Positions 25,750 through 39,585 of a stretch of DNA of 64,000 bases are shown piece after piece. The notes under the pieces were generated by a model. That model did no database searches and was not told the DNA's origin. It worked only from the letters and a program-made list of their open reading frames with translations. A program made the position numbers and the translations under genes. Every line of letters begins with the position of its first letter. Within the stretch, counting starts at the first letter, position 1. The stretch lies in contig OZ059894.1 of NCBI GenBank assembly GCA_964057225.1, forward strand, positions 14,260,001-14,324,000, written 5' to 3'. The stretch is from Auanema rhodensis (Eukaryota; Animalia; Nematoda).

Positions 25750-26313
25750 TATAAAATTAACTTAAGTTCACTTTGTTTTTTTTTTTTATGTTTTAAACTT
25801 TTAATCTAATAGGATGAATATAGAAAAAAACATCAATTTATGGAAATAATAGACAATAGTAATCAGCAAATGGTATTCATCATGTTTTTTTCTGAATTTT
25901 GACAACTTATGTATAGTTCGTTACTTGCTCTTGTATCCGTTACGATGAGTTTCTTTTTTTTTTCTGCAAACTAATGAAAAATCTTTTTTTTTTCAAGTCG
26001 GCCTTGACTGAAAATGAACTTACACAAGAATAAATATTCAGCTTTAACAAACTAGAAGTATTGCCAAAAGAAGTCTGATATATTCACAGATTCTTTTTTG
26101 ATTCCTTTTTCAAAATTATTATTTTATATGTTAATTGAATAATAATATTAAATTAAAATAATTTATATTTATTAAACAACAAAAATAAATACATATACAT
26201 ATACACATGCATATGACTCGTACAATTTGAAATAATTTAAAAAACAAATTAACCATCTTATAAAAAATTTAATTATTTATAACTTAAGAATATTCTATAA
26301 ATAAAAAAAACTC

Positions 26314-27874
26314 TTATTCGCTCGAAGAACTAGATTCCAAGTTTGCCGGAATTTCTGTGTTTTCAGTGTTTTCTGCAATTTCCGCAATTTCCGTAGATTC
26401 CACATTTGTACAATTTTCTTTTAAATCCATTAACTCCCATGTTGAAGGGAGGACTTGAAGTTGGCTTAATCTGGAGGCATATTCACAAATTGTTTCTTTA
26501 ATGTCATCATTCAAATCATTATATTCTTTTTGTTGAATCATTTTGTTGTATAATTCCATTTTATTTTCATTTTCCGCTTTTGACCATATAGCAAACTAAA
26601 ATATAATTTTTAAATTATAATTAATATAATATAAATATATTTACCTTTGATAATCCTTTATCATATTTCCACAAAAGTAGAATACGATTCAAAATAGGTA
26701 ACTTTGACGATTCGAGTAGATAATCTACCCCAGTTTCTATAATGCGTAGTGATTCTAAAGATTCGCCGAAGAAGAGAATATCAGAAACATGTTCATCTGA
26801 AAGAAAAATCTTATTAAATGATTTTTAACTATATAAATACCTTTAATAACATATCTATTTCCATATAGAATATTCAAAGCATTTAAAAAGCTTAGAAAAG
26901 AATATTTGTTATCACGTTTTTTGAAATTGAATTGTATTGTTCCTAATTTCTTAAAACATTTTTCAATTAATAATAATATATAAATTATTATGAAATTTAC
27001 CTTTTCTACTTCTGTATTCTCTGAAAGTTCCATTTCTTCTTCTGACTTTATAAATTGAACAAAATCAAATGTTTCCCCTTAAGATATATAGTTAAGAATA
27101 TATTTATTATAATAATACCATCCAGCAATCTTCTCAATACAGGAGATTTCAAACGTAACATCTGAAATTTGATGATAAAAACCAAAGAAATTGAAGAATT
27201 TACTTACCTGACTATGACAATAGAAAGTTTCATCTTCTTGTTTGATAATTATATCAGATGATTCAGTTGTATGTTGCATTAATTGATAATCTGTGAACCA
27301 ACTATAACAATACAATTATGATTTAAGATATAAGTTTTTTAATAATTTACTTATCCTTCTCAATATCAATTATAATGATTTCGGCAGAAATTGAATCAGT
27401 TGGTTGTATCTCAGCTATTTCAATATAATGACTTGCATCACGAAATGTAAATTCTTTTTCAAGAACAGGCTCCTAAACACAAAATATTAAAAATAACTGA
27501 AATATTCGTTAATTTTCAAAAATTACTTGATTAACTGATAATTTAACAACAACTTTAAGGTTGTAATATACGCTATTCACACCATTTTGCCTACATGATA
27601 AAGCAAGGCCATAGTTTGGACTTCCTGTTAAATCTATAACAACAAAGAAAATTTCATTAAAATTATATATTATAACTATATACATATATATATATTCTAA
27701 AAAGTTAAAAACATACTAAATAAGCGAAGTTTTCGAAAACGCCTGAAATAACAAAAAAAAAGTTAAATATTCAATAAACTATACTAACCATGTCATGAAT
27801 TTATTACTGAAATCAGGTGAAGTCTCGACAGTCTCATTACTATCGGTAAATGTATAGTTAATAATACTTGTCAT
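26314..27874 (-). CDS. Divergent MATH-like/BTB (POZ) domain protein, about 10 exons
   Basis: Spliced frame includes ESSDIIIKQEDETFYCHSQMLRLKSPVLRRLL and FLSFLNALNILYG...DEHVSDILFFGESLESLRIIETGVDYLL (BTB), preceded by a MATH-like W...YGLALSC segment. TTCAG acceptor before the ATG. Confidence 0.75.
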
Positions 27875-29289
27875 ATTATTAGATTCTGAATATTTATAAA
27901 TAAAATATTTCAAATAAAACAAAATACATTTGGTAATGATGATGTATTTAAGAATAATATAGTAACAGCAAACGATTTAACAATAATTTGATAAAGTTTG
28001 AGACATGTAAGGAACAAATTATTTGATTAATGACGTCATATAAGTATATAAAATTTTATTTTACATAAAATTGGTTGTATTTTTAAATATATTTTACAAA
28101 GATTATAATTAAAAGTTAATAAATATATTTATTATATAAATATAAAAAGATATTTACTAATCAATGAGGTAATGAAACCATTCACTATAAAATGAATTCT
28201 TTATCACAAATCAAGTATGTCAAGGACTGAAACTATTATTTTCTTTACAAGTAGAACATATTATTCATTTATCATTTAATTTTATATAATATATAATAAC
28301 ATTTCAATTTATTATAATAAATATATATAAAATATAACAAAGAAATAGTTATTTTCATATATTTTATATCAAAATATTTGACATGTTCTATTGTAATCAT
28401 CTATACCCCCCCTACCCCTCTTCTAATACTATTTGGCTTGTTTATTGATTATATGAAAGAATGAGTCATCACTTATTCTCAAACATTTTTTTTTCATTTT
28501 TATGTATTAAAATAACAAATTATATCAAATAAACATTTTTCTTTAATTAAATATTAATTTATAAATAAAATATTATTATAGAAAATGCATTTAAGAAAGA
28601 ATTTATAGAAAAATTGAATAAAAAGAAAAAGAAAAGTCAATGAATAACAGTAAAAATAGTAAAATGACAAAAGTTAATTTAAGTTTTACATTCACATTTA
28701 TTGATATTATGAATTGAAAAATCGAATTATAAGTTTTGAACATGATTAACGGTTGTTTATTCAATTGAATGACTCTTATCATATTGAAGTACAGAGAGTA
28801 GTTATTGAATTATAAAATATAATTATTAATGTATAATTTAGATACAATAACCATATATATTCACATGTATACAATCATTTTCACCTGTTTTTGCTGATAT
28901 TCAAGGGTTTAATAAAAGGATAAAAGGATTATTATAGATGATGATGATACCATAATAAACAACATTGATTGAAAACTTTATTGTTTTTTTTTTGTGTTAA
29001 ATTAAAGAATATATTTCATATTTAACTCATATACTATAATGATATTAAGAGAATATTTTTGATCTTTCATGATATTGTGGAAGTAAATGATCTAATTTGT
29101 AGATAAAACATGATGTATGTATCTAGTTTACAACTATGAATCTCTATTTCCTTATTTGATTAGATAAAACCTTTTAATTGTTTTTTTTTCTTTTTAATAT
29201 TAAGTTATATTTGATTGTGAAATATTTAATAAATAAAGATATTATGAATATGTTTTTTTAAACTTTTAATCTTCAAATAAAACAAATAA

Positions 29290-29530
29290 ATGATAATTAT
29301 AACATTGAAATGAATTAATCAGATGAAGACAAAAGGAAAAAATTTTATTCTATGAAGTTATCTTGTAAGAATAACTGATTAGTTTTCCGTATATCATTTA
29401 ACCAGAATATACAAATATATATCTTTTGTGAAAAAAAACTTTCTTTTCCTGATAATGAGGATTTTAAAAACTACAGTTAATCATTATTAACGGATCATAA
29501 GAAACTATAAAAGGCATTTTCTTATCATAC
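29290..29530 (+). promoter_or_regulatory. Lipase promoter with TGATAA (GATA) sites and a TATA box
   Basis: TGATAA near 29291 and 29450, TTATCA near 29522, and TATAAAA at 29506-29512. TGATAA is the known intestinal ELT-2-type element. Confidence 0.5.
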
Positions 29531-29638
29531 TTTTGCATATCAGTATAGAATATGATGTCTTCGAGCTTAGCTTGAACTAATACTTTATAGAAGCCTTATT
29601 TTCATTATTAAATATTAAATTTTCTTTTTTTTTTAAGA

Positions 29639-31891
29639 ATGTCTCGTTACGTTCTCCTTCTGGCCATCGTGGCCACGGTAGCTTTGGCCAAGCAGAGCCC
29701 TGATCCGGAAGTTAACATGACTGTCGTAAGTTTTCAATCACACACTAACTGTTGTTATAATTGTTCTTCTTCCTCTTTTAGCCACAAATCATCAACCGTT
29801 GGGGATATCCAGCTGAAGTTCATACCGTCGTTACTAATGATGATTATACTCTTGAAATGCATCGTATTCCCCATGGAAAAGGTAATGAAACAAATCTCAT
29901 AAAAGCATTGTAGTATTCTCATTCACAGGACAGAGCCCCGGGGGTAAGAGACCAGTAGCCTTCCTTCAGCATGGTCTCGAATGCTCCAGCTCATCTTGGG
30001 TCACAAATCTTCCAGAATTTTCATTGGGTAAGGTTTTCAACGTTTTGCAAAGCAGTAAAAATTTTGAGTTCCGGAATTAGTGAATCGAATGACTTCATGA
30101 TAAGAGATTTTCATTTATTCTCTATATTCCACTATTTTGGTCTAATGATAAGAGTTATAAACTAGAATTTTGTCTGTACAAAAACCTGTCGATCTTTTAA
30201 ACTTTTGAAATTTGTTCAGTTAATATTTGTTTTCTACTAACCCCCCCCCCCTTACACTTGCAATAGAAAGAGACAAGGATTTCTTAAACATTTTCAGGTT
30301 TCTCATGTATATTCTAACATTGAATGCGAAATTTTTTTGAAACAAACCTTTATAATTTCAGCTTACCTCCTTGCCGATGCTGGTTATGATGTTTGGCTTG
30401 GAAACAGTCGCGGAAATCTTTATGGAATGAAGTCTCCCTCATTGGATCCCAAGAAGCACGAATTCTGGAAGTTCTCGTGAGTTCCCATGATATTGAAAAA
30501 GACTATTTTCCCAGAAGTAAAAAGAAGCAAAAGTTGATATTTTTTGCGGAAAATGATTATGAAATTTGGATTTTGATAAGATTAAAATTACAAATACTTC
30601 TAATCTTGATCAAACGTTTAAACAGTATATGATAAAAAGCTCACAAGGATCGGATTATACTATCAAATTCCTATCATTTGTTGGTTTTTTATCTGAGCTA
30701 ATACTAAAATATATTTTCAAATCTTTTGAAAATTTCTGTTTTATAAGAAAAGAGAAACAAGATCATTTCAAAGAACAATGATTTAGCTTTGATCAAATGA
30801 TCCGTTATGATATTGAAGCCAGTATCGACTATGCTCTTGAGGCAACTGGAGAACAACAACTTCATTATATTGGACACTCTCAAGGTACATTCACTTCATT
30901 GAATGTACTTTAATCTATTTTTTTTTATTTTAGGAACTCTTATTATGTTCGGAAAACTCGCCACTCGTACTGACTTTGCTAAGAAGGTGGTTGATAGATT
31001 TCAAGATTTTCCAAAGTGAAATTTGAACAAGAATAAATTTTGTTGTTTTTAGATTAAGCAGTTCCATGCTCTTGCTCCAATCGGAACTGTTACCAATGTA
31101 ACTGGATTCCTCCGTTATATTGCTGACGATCTCTATCTTGAGAGTGAGGTTGTAACATGTGATATACATATAGTTGATCATGTTCGTTGTTTCAGGTTCT
31201 TCTTGAGGTTATTGGAAGAGATCAATTCATGCCAGAGTCTGGAATTCTTCACATGGTTGAAAGAAAGTACTGCTATGATGTATGTCTTTCAGTACTTTTT
31301 ACATACATTTTGGAATTATCTTTTTCAGCCTTTCATTGAAGAGGCTTGTGACAACATGCTCTTCGCCCTCTGTGGACCCAACAGCCACCAGCTCAATGCT
31401 GTAAGCTTTTAAGTTTAAACGCATATTTCTTAAAAATTGAATTTCCAGACTAGAACCGAAGTGTTCCTTGTTGACGAACCAGCAGGAACCTCATCTCAAA
31501 ACATCCTTCACTTGGTTCAGATGATTAGATCCGGAAAGGTTCAAATGTACGATTACGGAGAGAAATACTTAAATGAACTTCATTACGAAGGAAAGGTATG
31601 TGAATGTTATCTTGAGAAAAAAACATTGAAATTCATCTGGTTTAGTCTACTCCTCCACTCTACGACTATGGAAAGATCAAAAACGTCCCCATGTTCCTCT
31701 ACTGGTCTGACTATGATTGGATTGCTGATCAGTATGACGTTGAGAACTACCTCTTGAAAACTCTGAACCAACAATGGGTTAAGCAAGTTGTCAAGCTTGA
31801 TGACTTTAATCATTTGGACTTTATCTGGGGAGAACGCGCTGCCGCTGAAATTTACAAGCCAATGATTCAATGGATGAACAGTGCTAACTAA
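29639..31891 (+). CDS. Secreted/lysosomal acid lipase (lipl family, alpha/beta hydrolase)
   Basis: Signal peptide, [43 protein letters not shown], nucleophile GHSQG split by an intron, AGTSSQN, DWIAD, and FNHLDFIWG. Confidence 0.95.
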
Positions 31892-32650
31892 TTAGATGAA
31901 AATTATGTAATAAATATTGATTAATATTATATATTTATTCAGAAAAAATATATAAAATAGAATATTTTAAGAAAATGAACGATAAAGTCATATCATTATG
32001 ATTTTATAGTTTTAAGTATTTCATTAGGCTTTGTCCTTTGCTACATCATACATTTGACTACTATTCTACTTCTAAAGCTTGCATGATAATCCTTTTTTAC
32101 AAACATTTTTTCCACAAAAAATATTGAAATTCGAATATTTAGACGAAAATCTGTGTTATTATGCCAAACAAGATGAAAATGAACATTTGAAATGTAATTT
32201 CTTGGAAAATACATCATCATAGATTTTCAGCCATGATAGTTTCAAAATGATTTTTTTTCTTCAAATCATGAATTCATATTTCGAACAATGTGAGAGAAAT
32301 CAAAGAAAATGTGAATATTTGAATGAAATGTGTCATTGCATTTGAAATGGATACTAGGTCATTTTCATATTTCTTTTGGTTCAATATAGCATTTGAGCTC
32401 ATTCTATTCATTTAGTGAATGTATAGAGTAGCTCAATATGAATTTTTACAGCGGAAAACAATAAAAAAACATAAAAATGCTGATGATGATGATGTAAAAT
32501 CAATATTATAGTCTTAAAAATATTTTATAAGAAAGAAAAAGAAAAAAAAAGAAATAAAACCGACAAAAAGATATGAATATTTGTAACTTGACTAAAATTC
32601 TACATTGTCTCCTCCTATTTCGCTTCACCCTTCAAATCTTAAAGCAACCA

Positions 32651-32679
32651 TACACACACACACACACACATACACACAG
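32651..32679. repeat. (CA)n microsatellite
   Basis: tacacacacacacacacacatacacacag. Confidence 0.85.
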
Positions 32680-34880
32680 ATATAGAGGGAGTTTTCAACA
32701 TCTTCAGCTTGTTATGCTGTTCCATCCTCTCCAATTATTTGTTTCCACTAAATGCTTCAAGCTATGTATGCATTCAGATGCCATCTGAATCTCGTTGTCA
32801 TGTTTCCTGATCTCAGATTACTTTCTCTGTTGCTCTTTTTTCACTTCTATAGTAACGTGACGTTTCATCTGAAATTGACATCCGTCCTCCTATGTTCTAC
32901 CACCCCCACATCCACTCTCAGCTTCATTTTCTTATTTTACTAACTGAAGAAAGAATGCCGGATTTCTGTTGAGCTCATAGGGCATTTTGTTTGATCTGAA
33001 AGCCTATGTCAATGTCCTTTAAAAAAGGAAATCGTCATATGAGCTAGAGACTCCAAACAACAACTTTGGCCAAGTCGTCTCCATATATGACCTTTAATGC
33101 TTGATTTTTTTTAAAATTTTAGCTCAATTACAGCATTGTCTGTGACACGAATTTTCATTTTTTTTCCTAGACAACTACTTTTCATCCAATTTCCAACTTA
33201 GTTTCAGTGACTAGCTTAGGTTTTCATATTTCATTCATGGAATTTATTTTCGAAAGAGTTCAATATATCTGAGCAACTTTAACAATGAAATGGAAGTAAG
33301 CTGAAGAAATATTGTCAAACAAGCCTTTCCTTTATTTATATTTCCTTATATATATATATCTATAAACATATATTCAATCTTATTTCATGTTAATTAACAA
33401 TATAATATTATAAAATCTTAATATTATATTCAAGAATTTTTGTTTTTACATGAAAAATGTAGTCAAACTTTTCTTTGCTCTTGTTCAATTGTTATCTGTT
33501 ATTGCTATTTCAAGATAATATATTTCTAGCAAATTACATATACATACTACATATGTTGTATACTATACTCATACCTATAACAGTTGATTACTATATATAT
33601 AGTAAAGAAATAGAATAATATAATAGTTATAGTATTATACTATATGTATATTGGATATACTATACATATCACATAGTATTCATACATATATCCACCTTCA
33701 ATACTAAATCATCTCAATAAAATTCTTAACTTAAAAGGAATATCAAACACATAATCACATACATGTATGAATGAATACCTATAAAACAATTCCTTTTTTA
33801 ATCTTTTTATAATCAAAGAAAGGTAAGATATGTATTTATACGATGTAATAATCTAACATGAAAACAAAGAAAATATATGGAAACAGTCCAATTGTGTTTT
33901 CTTTTCTTTTTCTTTGAGTTTCCCATAATCTTATAATTCTATTTACATCAATCCTAATAAGCTGCCATATATATAAGCTTTCTATTGCTGCAAAGATTCA
34001 ATAAATATTTCTTTTCTCCTTTTTTAAACTTTTCATTTTTTGACTTCTTCTCTTTTAAGTTTTATCTATCTCGTCATAGGTTCATCAAAAAGAATTCTTC
34101 TTTGTTTTTCTTCATTCAAATGTTAAAATATAATATTTTCATGAAAATACTGTAATCATTGGATGGAAAATCATCCATTTTATATCGACAATTTCTTTTT
34201 TTATTATCATTTCTTAGGGACGAAAGATCATTATGCATTAAAGTTTGAAAAACAACCGTCAACGAGTTCAGGAAATGAGACCAAAGAGGTCGTTACCAGT
34301 ATGAGGTCTACTTGTCTACTCGTTTACGACTTCTACACTTGGACTTCAAGTAGACAATTAGAAACATCAGCTCGTTGTCGTTCTGGACATCATGCTTTGC
34401 GGTCATGTAGTCACCTCTGTAACATCTCTTCATCTCTACTTTGTCTCCTTTCTTCATGTAATTTTCAACGTTTTTCTTCACTTTTCCATCCTTCCCCCTC
34501 TATTTTATGTATTTAGTCATATACTTACACGTTTTCTATTTGTCCTTTTAAAATACTTCCGTAAAACTAAGGATAAACTATATTTTCATTCGATTTTGGA
34601 TGAAAAATATTTGAAAGTAGACGTTGTCATAGCTGTTCATAGTCAAATTAGGTTTTGACATGAAAATGCTTCAATTTCCTTGCTCGATGCCATTACCACT
34701 TCCTCTTTTAGATTTCAATTTTGTTTCAGGTTTTCAACTTAAGTTGGAATATGTTACAAACTTTCTCAGTTGTTCTTCTACCTGTAGTGGCTTTATAATT
34801 GGTATATCCGTACGATTTATAATCAATCAGCTCAGCATTGATTTGTATTTTCCTAATCTCCAATCATGATAATCATAACT

Positions 34881-35275
34881 TGTTTGTTTTTTTTCTCACA
34901 CTCATTCTCTCTCTCTCTCTATCTCTCTCTCTATTTTTCTCTTTCTCTCTCTTCTTCCCTTCCTCAATATATTTCATTCCCTCTAACCCTTTCTTTTTTT
35001 CTCCCTCTCTCTTTCTCTCTCTCTCTCCTTTTTTCTTTTTTTCACTCCTTCACTCTCTATCATTCATTCCTTCCCTCACTCTTTTTCTCCCTCTCAGTTT
35101 CCTTCCCTCCATTTCTTTCTCTCTCTACCTCCCTCTATCTTTTATTCCTTCCCTTCCTCTTTCTCTTCCTCCATCTTTCTTTCCCTCCATTTTCTCTCTC
35201 TATCTCCCTCCCTCTTTGATATCTTTCTTTCTCTCAGTATTTGCCTTCCTTCTACGTCTTTCTTTCCGCTATGTC
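34881..35275. repeat. Long CT-rich polypyrimidine low-complexity tract
   Basis: About 400 bp of near-continuous C/T. It produces the spurious F/S/L-rich ORFs in the track. Confidence 0.85.
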
Positions 35276-35400
35276 TTTAATTGGTAAAGACATTATCTTG
35301 AAGTTTATATATGAAAGCTAGGGATGATTGTCAAGATTATATGTGCAGGTGTCAGATGCAGATCCTTGAATCTGATATGAAATTGGAAAAAATTAAATAA

Positions 35401-35817
35401 AGCAGAGAAAGGAAGAAAAGAAGATCTAAAAGGTAGAGGAGAGAAAGAGATGAAGAAAAGTGAATTAAGACCGTGAAGGAAAGAGCAACAAAAAAAAAGA
35501 AGAAAAGTGGGGGTGGGTAGTAGAGAAGAGATGAAAGCGCAACATATGTCCAATTTCTGGATAATAGGAATAGAGTATTATCTAACGAGTAAAACATTGA
35601 AATAAGAAAAGTAAGTATAGAGTAAGAAACATTACGAGAGAAAAAGACATATAGAGAGAGAGAATGAAAGAGAGACAGAGGAGAAAGAGAGAGAGAGGAG
35701 AGAGATACGGTGGAAATATTATAGATAAAGATATAGAGAGATAGAAGAAGAGAAAAGGTAGAAAAAGGAGAAAAAGAAAATGAAACAAGAGAGTATATGA
35801 GTAAAAAGAGAGAGAGC
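35401..35817. repeat. Long GA-rich polypurine low-complexity tract
   Basis: About 400 bp of near-continuous A/G. Confidence 0.8.
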
Positions 35818-37028
35818 CATGATTAATAATTGATAGACGACACACTGTCGTCGGTCGCAACGCTCAGTTCTTCGTTCTTGTCTCGTTTTCTGAAGCAGCG
35901 TTGTCGTTGAATCCATTAGTTTCATTACAGCTTCGCAGCTTAATGACTCTAATTGTCATACATTTCCATTTTTGGTCTTTGTTGTTACACTTCATTCCTT
36001 TACTCATTATATTCCACAACATTATCCTGTCATTTTCTATCAGTCTTATCCCGCCTACTTCCTTCTCCTATTAAATATCCACAAATCGTGTCTATATTTG
36101 ATTCTATTTTCATGTTAACGATGAATAATTATTCAAAAAATTAATAAAAATGAATAAATACATATGATAACTGATTAAATTCCGTATAATATGTATTATA
36201 TTAACAAATAATATTTGTGCATTTGCACATGGAAATGTACTTGGATAATGAACATTTTACATGAATGGCTCGCCACGTGTGAATTTTCTTTTGCAAACAC
36301 AATGAAAGTTTATTGTCTTGTTTATTCATTTTTTTAACTTCATCTCAAAAGCAGAAGTTAAAATTTAAAAAAAAACTCTTTTGTATATATTTTTTAGACT
36401 CATATTACTTATAAAACTTTGAGTCAAGTGAAGCGAAACAAAGAAATTTTCTTTTTTTTTTGCGGTTGTGCAAAAACGATCAGTATATGCATAGTGATTT
36501 TGAAAAAAAATTTAATATTGTAAACTTAAATCTTTATTTAATTTTATAAAAATTTATTAAAATTATAAATAATATACAAAAAAAAAGGAAAAACCTAATA
36601 GATGAATCATATGAACCACGTGGAAATGCGTGACATTTACGTTTTTTAAGCTTTTATACATACATAAACTAAGAAGATAATGACAGAATTAAATTAAAAA
36701 TAATAATATTTCAAAAAGAAAAGAAGAAGAACCTCATCTTTGAAAAGTCAACTCATATTCTGGAGAAGAGCAAAATATATTGAAAACTATTGGTACTTCT
36801 TCCTAATTAGGAAACATTCTATGTACATATACATATCTTCTTTTTGAAACTTGGTTCATGGTTTATTATATTTTTTTATCAAATTATACTTCTTTTCAAG
36901 TTTTAAATTTTTATAGTTTAAACTTTAAAGTTTTTGAAAATGATTAGAAAGGTTTTAAAACTTAGTTAAGCATATACCTACATGTAGATACTTGTATATG
37001 AGGTCATCAATATATCATTATAATTATG

Positions 37029-37030
<2 letters not shown>

Positions 37031-37062
<32 letters not shown>
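37031..37062. repeat. (TA)n microsatellite
   Basis: Uninterrupted ATATAT... run. Confidence 0.9.
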
Positions 37063-37066
<4 letters not shown>

Positions 37067-39585
37067 GTAATAATTTCTCAAAATTTTAAAATATTATAAT
37101 ATTTTTTAGAAAATAACTTTAATTATAAATTTATTTTTCAAATATTTAATCTTTATTTTTATCTGTGATTGTTATTATTTTGATGATTACTTTCCGTTAT
37201 ATAGGAAAAAAAAACTTTTTTTTCAACGAAAATCAACCTATGAAAAGATATTTTAAAACCTTTTAAAACTTTTTTTTCTCCATTTAATACTTATATACTA
37301 TACTATATATACTATTTTCTCTTTTTGTTTTATTTCTTACGCATTCTCAGGCTTTCCTGGAAATTTAAGCTTTCCAAAAGCTAAAAAAAGTTTACTTTTT
37401 CAACAAAAAAAATGAAATTAATAGTGTTTGATGCGGTAAAAACTTATGACTAGATATCTAGACGACTCCGGTTGCGTTCATCAGTATTTCAAGGCATAAA
37501 TAATTAAATAATATTGTTCCATCACAGACATTACAATGCCCTTTTTATGGTCTATTGGGGCCGGTCGTTCTCGAAATAACGAGAGCTGCTCGGGTGGTTT
37601 TCCTGCACTTTTCCTTCCGGGGCCAATTGAGCTTGAGGCAACAATTTTGTATTTGCCGCTTGGCTAGATCTTAAATACGCTTATCGCTATTCCTCAATTA
37701 TTCTTATTACAAATAGTTTATATAATCTTTAAGATTTCCTTTTTTTCTTGTTCTCTTTGAACTTAGTATTTGCTATATAATCTATGATATACATGTAAAC
37801 GGATATAGTTACATATATAGTTAACTACAGAATATTTCAGAATGTCTTCTCGACTTCATGTTCAACGACATCCATTGCGTTATCAGGTACAGTCCTTTTT
37901 TTTTCATTTTTTCCCCTTTTTTATTATATTTCTCACTAACTTGGTACATCTTGATATATGGTTATCGGTCCTTAACCTATAGAATATATGTCAAAATAGC
38001 TTAACTTAGCGCTTAATAATCCTTCACCTTCTAACCTCCGTTAAGAATTTTGTAAGAACAATGAAGCAAAGTGCAAGAGAGTAAGAGAGAGAAATAGAAA
38101 TAGAGAGAGATGGATTTAAAAAAACTGATTATAATCCACTAAAACTCATTTTCAATGTATATTATTCGGCTAGAAAATCTTTTGTAATCCCTTGTAACTT
38201 GTCATTTTTCTTTTGGTTCATTTGATGTTTAAGGACAAGTTTATGATAATCCATATGTGTATGTACATATATGTATATATGTAACTATTTATATATAAAT
38301 ATTAAATATAAATAATTTTTTAATTATAAAATTTCCTTTTGATGGTTTTAAAAGAATTTTATTATGTGTAATTAGTAATAATTAAATAGAAATTAGCATA
38401 TATCTAGCTCTAATTTATACTTTTTTAACCAAAAAAATTATTTTTTTTAACCAAATTGCTCATATATACATACATTTATGTATGTTGAACTATAAGAAAG
38501 GACTTGCTTCTACGACACATTCAAATTTTCGTCGATTAAGATTTTTTCTGAAAAGACATTAAGTGAATGTTGGATATGTATAGCTTTTTCGTTCTGAGTT
38601 CTTTCTAAATTTGATTTTGACCATTGGTCATGAAAGATGAGAGCAGAATAAAAGTAAAACCTTATGTCTGCTTTGAATGAAGCTTGAACCTGAAGTAATT
38701 GTAGAGCTTAAGTTTCATTTTACTATATCAAAACTTGAAATATACATATAATTCAATTTAGTATACAATGCTATGCTGTGAAAGCGGCAAACAAAAGAGA
38801 AATATATTCAAAAACGAAGAATAAGGACAAGCGACTAGAAAGTCTATGCATTTGAGCTCAATTTGGCGTTTTGGTTGGACTTCAGACATGCGTAGACAAC
38901 GAATGCCATCAGTGCTTATTGTGTTAGCCTTGGTCTCAAATAGAAGTTTTAAGCTTTAACTAAAGCCTGGCGTATACGGAATATATAGAAGAATTATATA
39001 TTGATATAACATGATGAGGTAGAACCTATTCATAATGAAATCAGGTTGAAGTATGTTATGAAGAACTGGCAAAGACTTGGAGAGTAATGTTTTTAAAAAT
39101 TCGGAAAAAAATTCATTACGAACCTAAACACCGATTCTTCGGTCAGCCTACAACTTCTCAGAGTTTAAGGATTGTTCCTTCCTTTTTAATTTTCACTCAC
39201 GCTGCGTTGAGCTGATAGCCGATGGCCAAACTCTTGAGACCATCGTTGTAAGAAGGAAAAGGAGAAAAGAGTAATGAAGCGTATGAAAAAGAGCGAGAGA
39301 GAGTTAGAGATAGAGAGAAAGGATACTAATTCCCTTGAGATAGGTCTCTAGTTGTCTAGATACCTCCTTCTACGCACTTCTATCTCAGCATCATTCCCAG
39401 CCATTCCCTATCCATTTAGACTCCCTCCACCCCTTTGCCGAGGACCCACCCTTCTTCCAATTCTCTCTTGCTCTGTCTCTTCCTTATTGGAACTCAAGCT
39501 TAAGGCGATATTCAGATTTTCACGTTATATTCCACGTGAAAATTTTCCACTGTAATCAGTCGAAGACAACGGAAAAACTATTTTA

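Noticed and set aside
30291-30318. TTTTCAG|GTTTC cryptic acceptor in a lipase intron
   Set aside because: It leads to a stop after 6 codons. The acceptor at 30361 gives the conserved AYLLADAG.
34838-35925. Several long F/S/L-rich ORFs on both strands
   Set aside because: Artefacts of the CT and GA low-complexity tracts.
37447-39030. miRNA seed-like words TGACTAGA (37447) and TGAGGTAG (39014)
   Set aside because: No match beyond the seed and no pre-miRNA hairpin around them.
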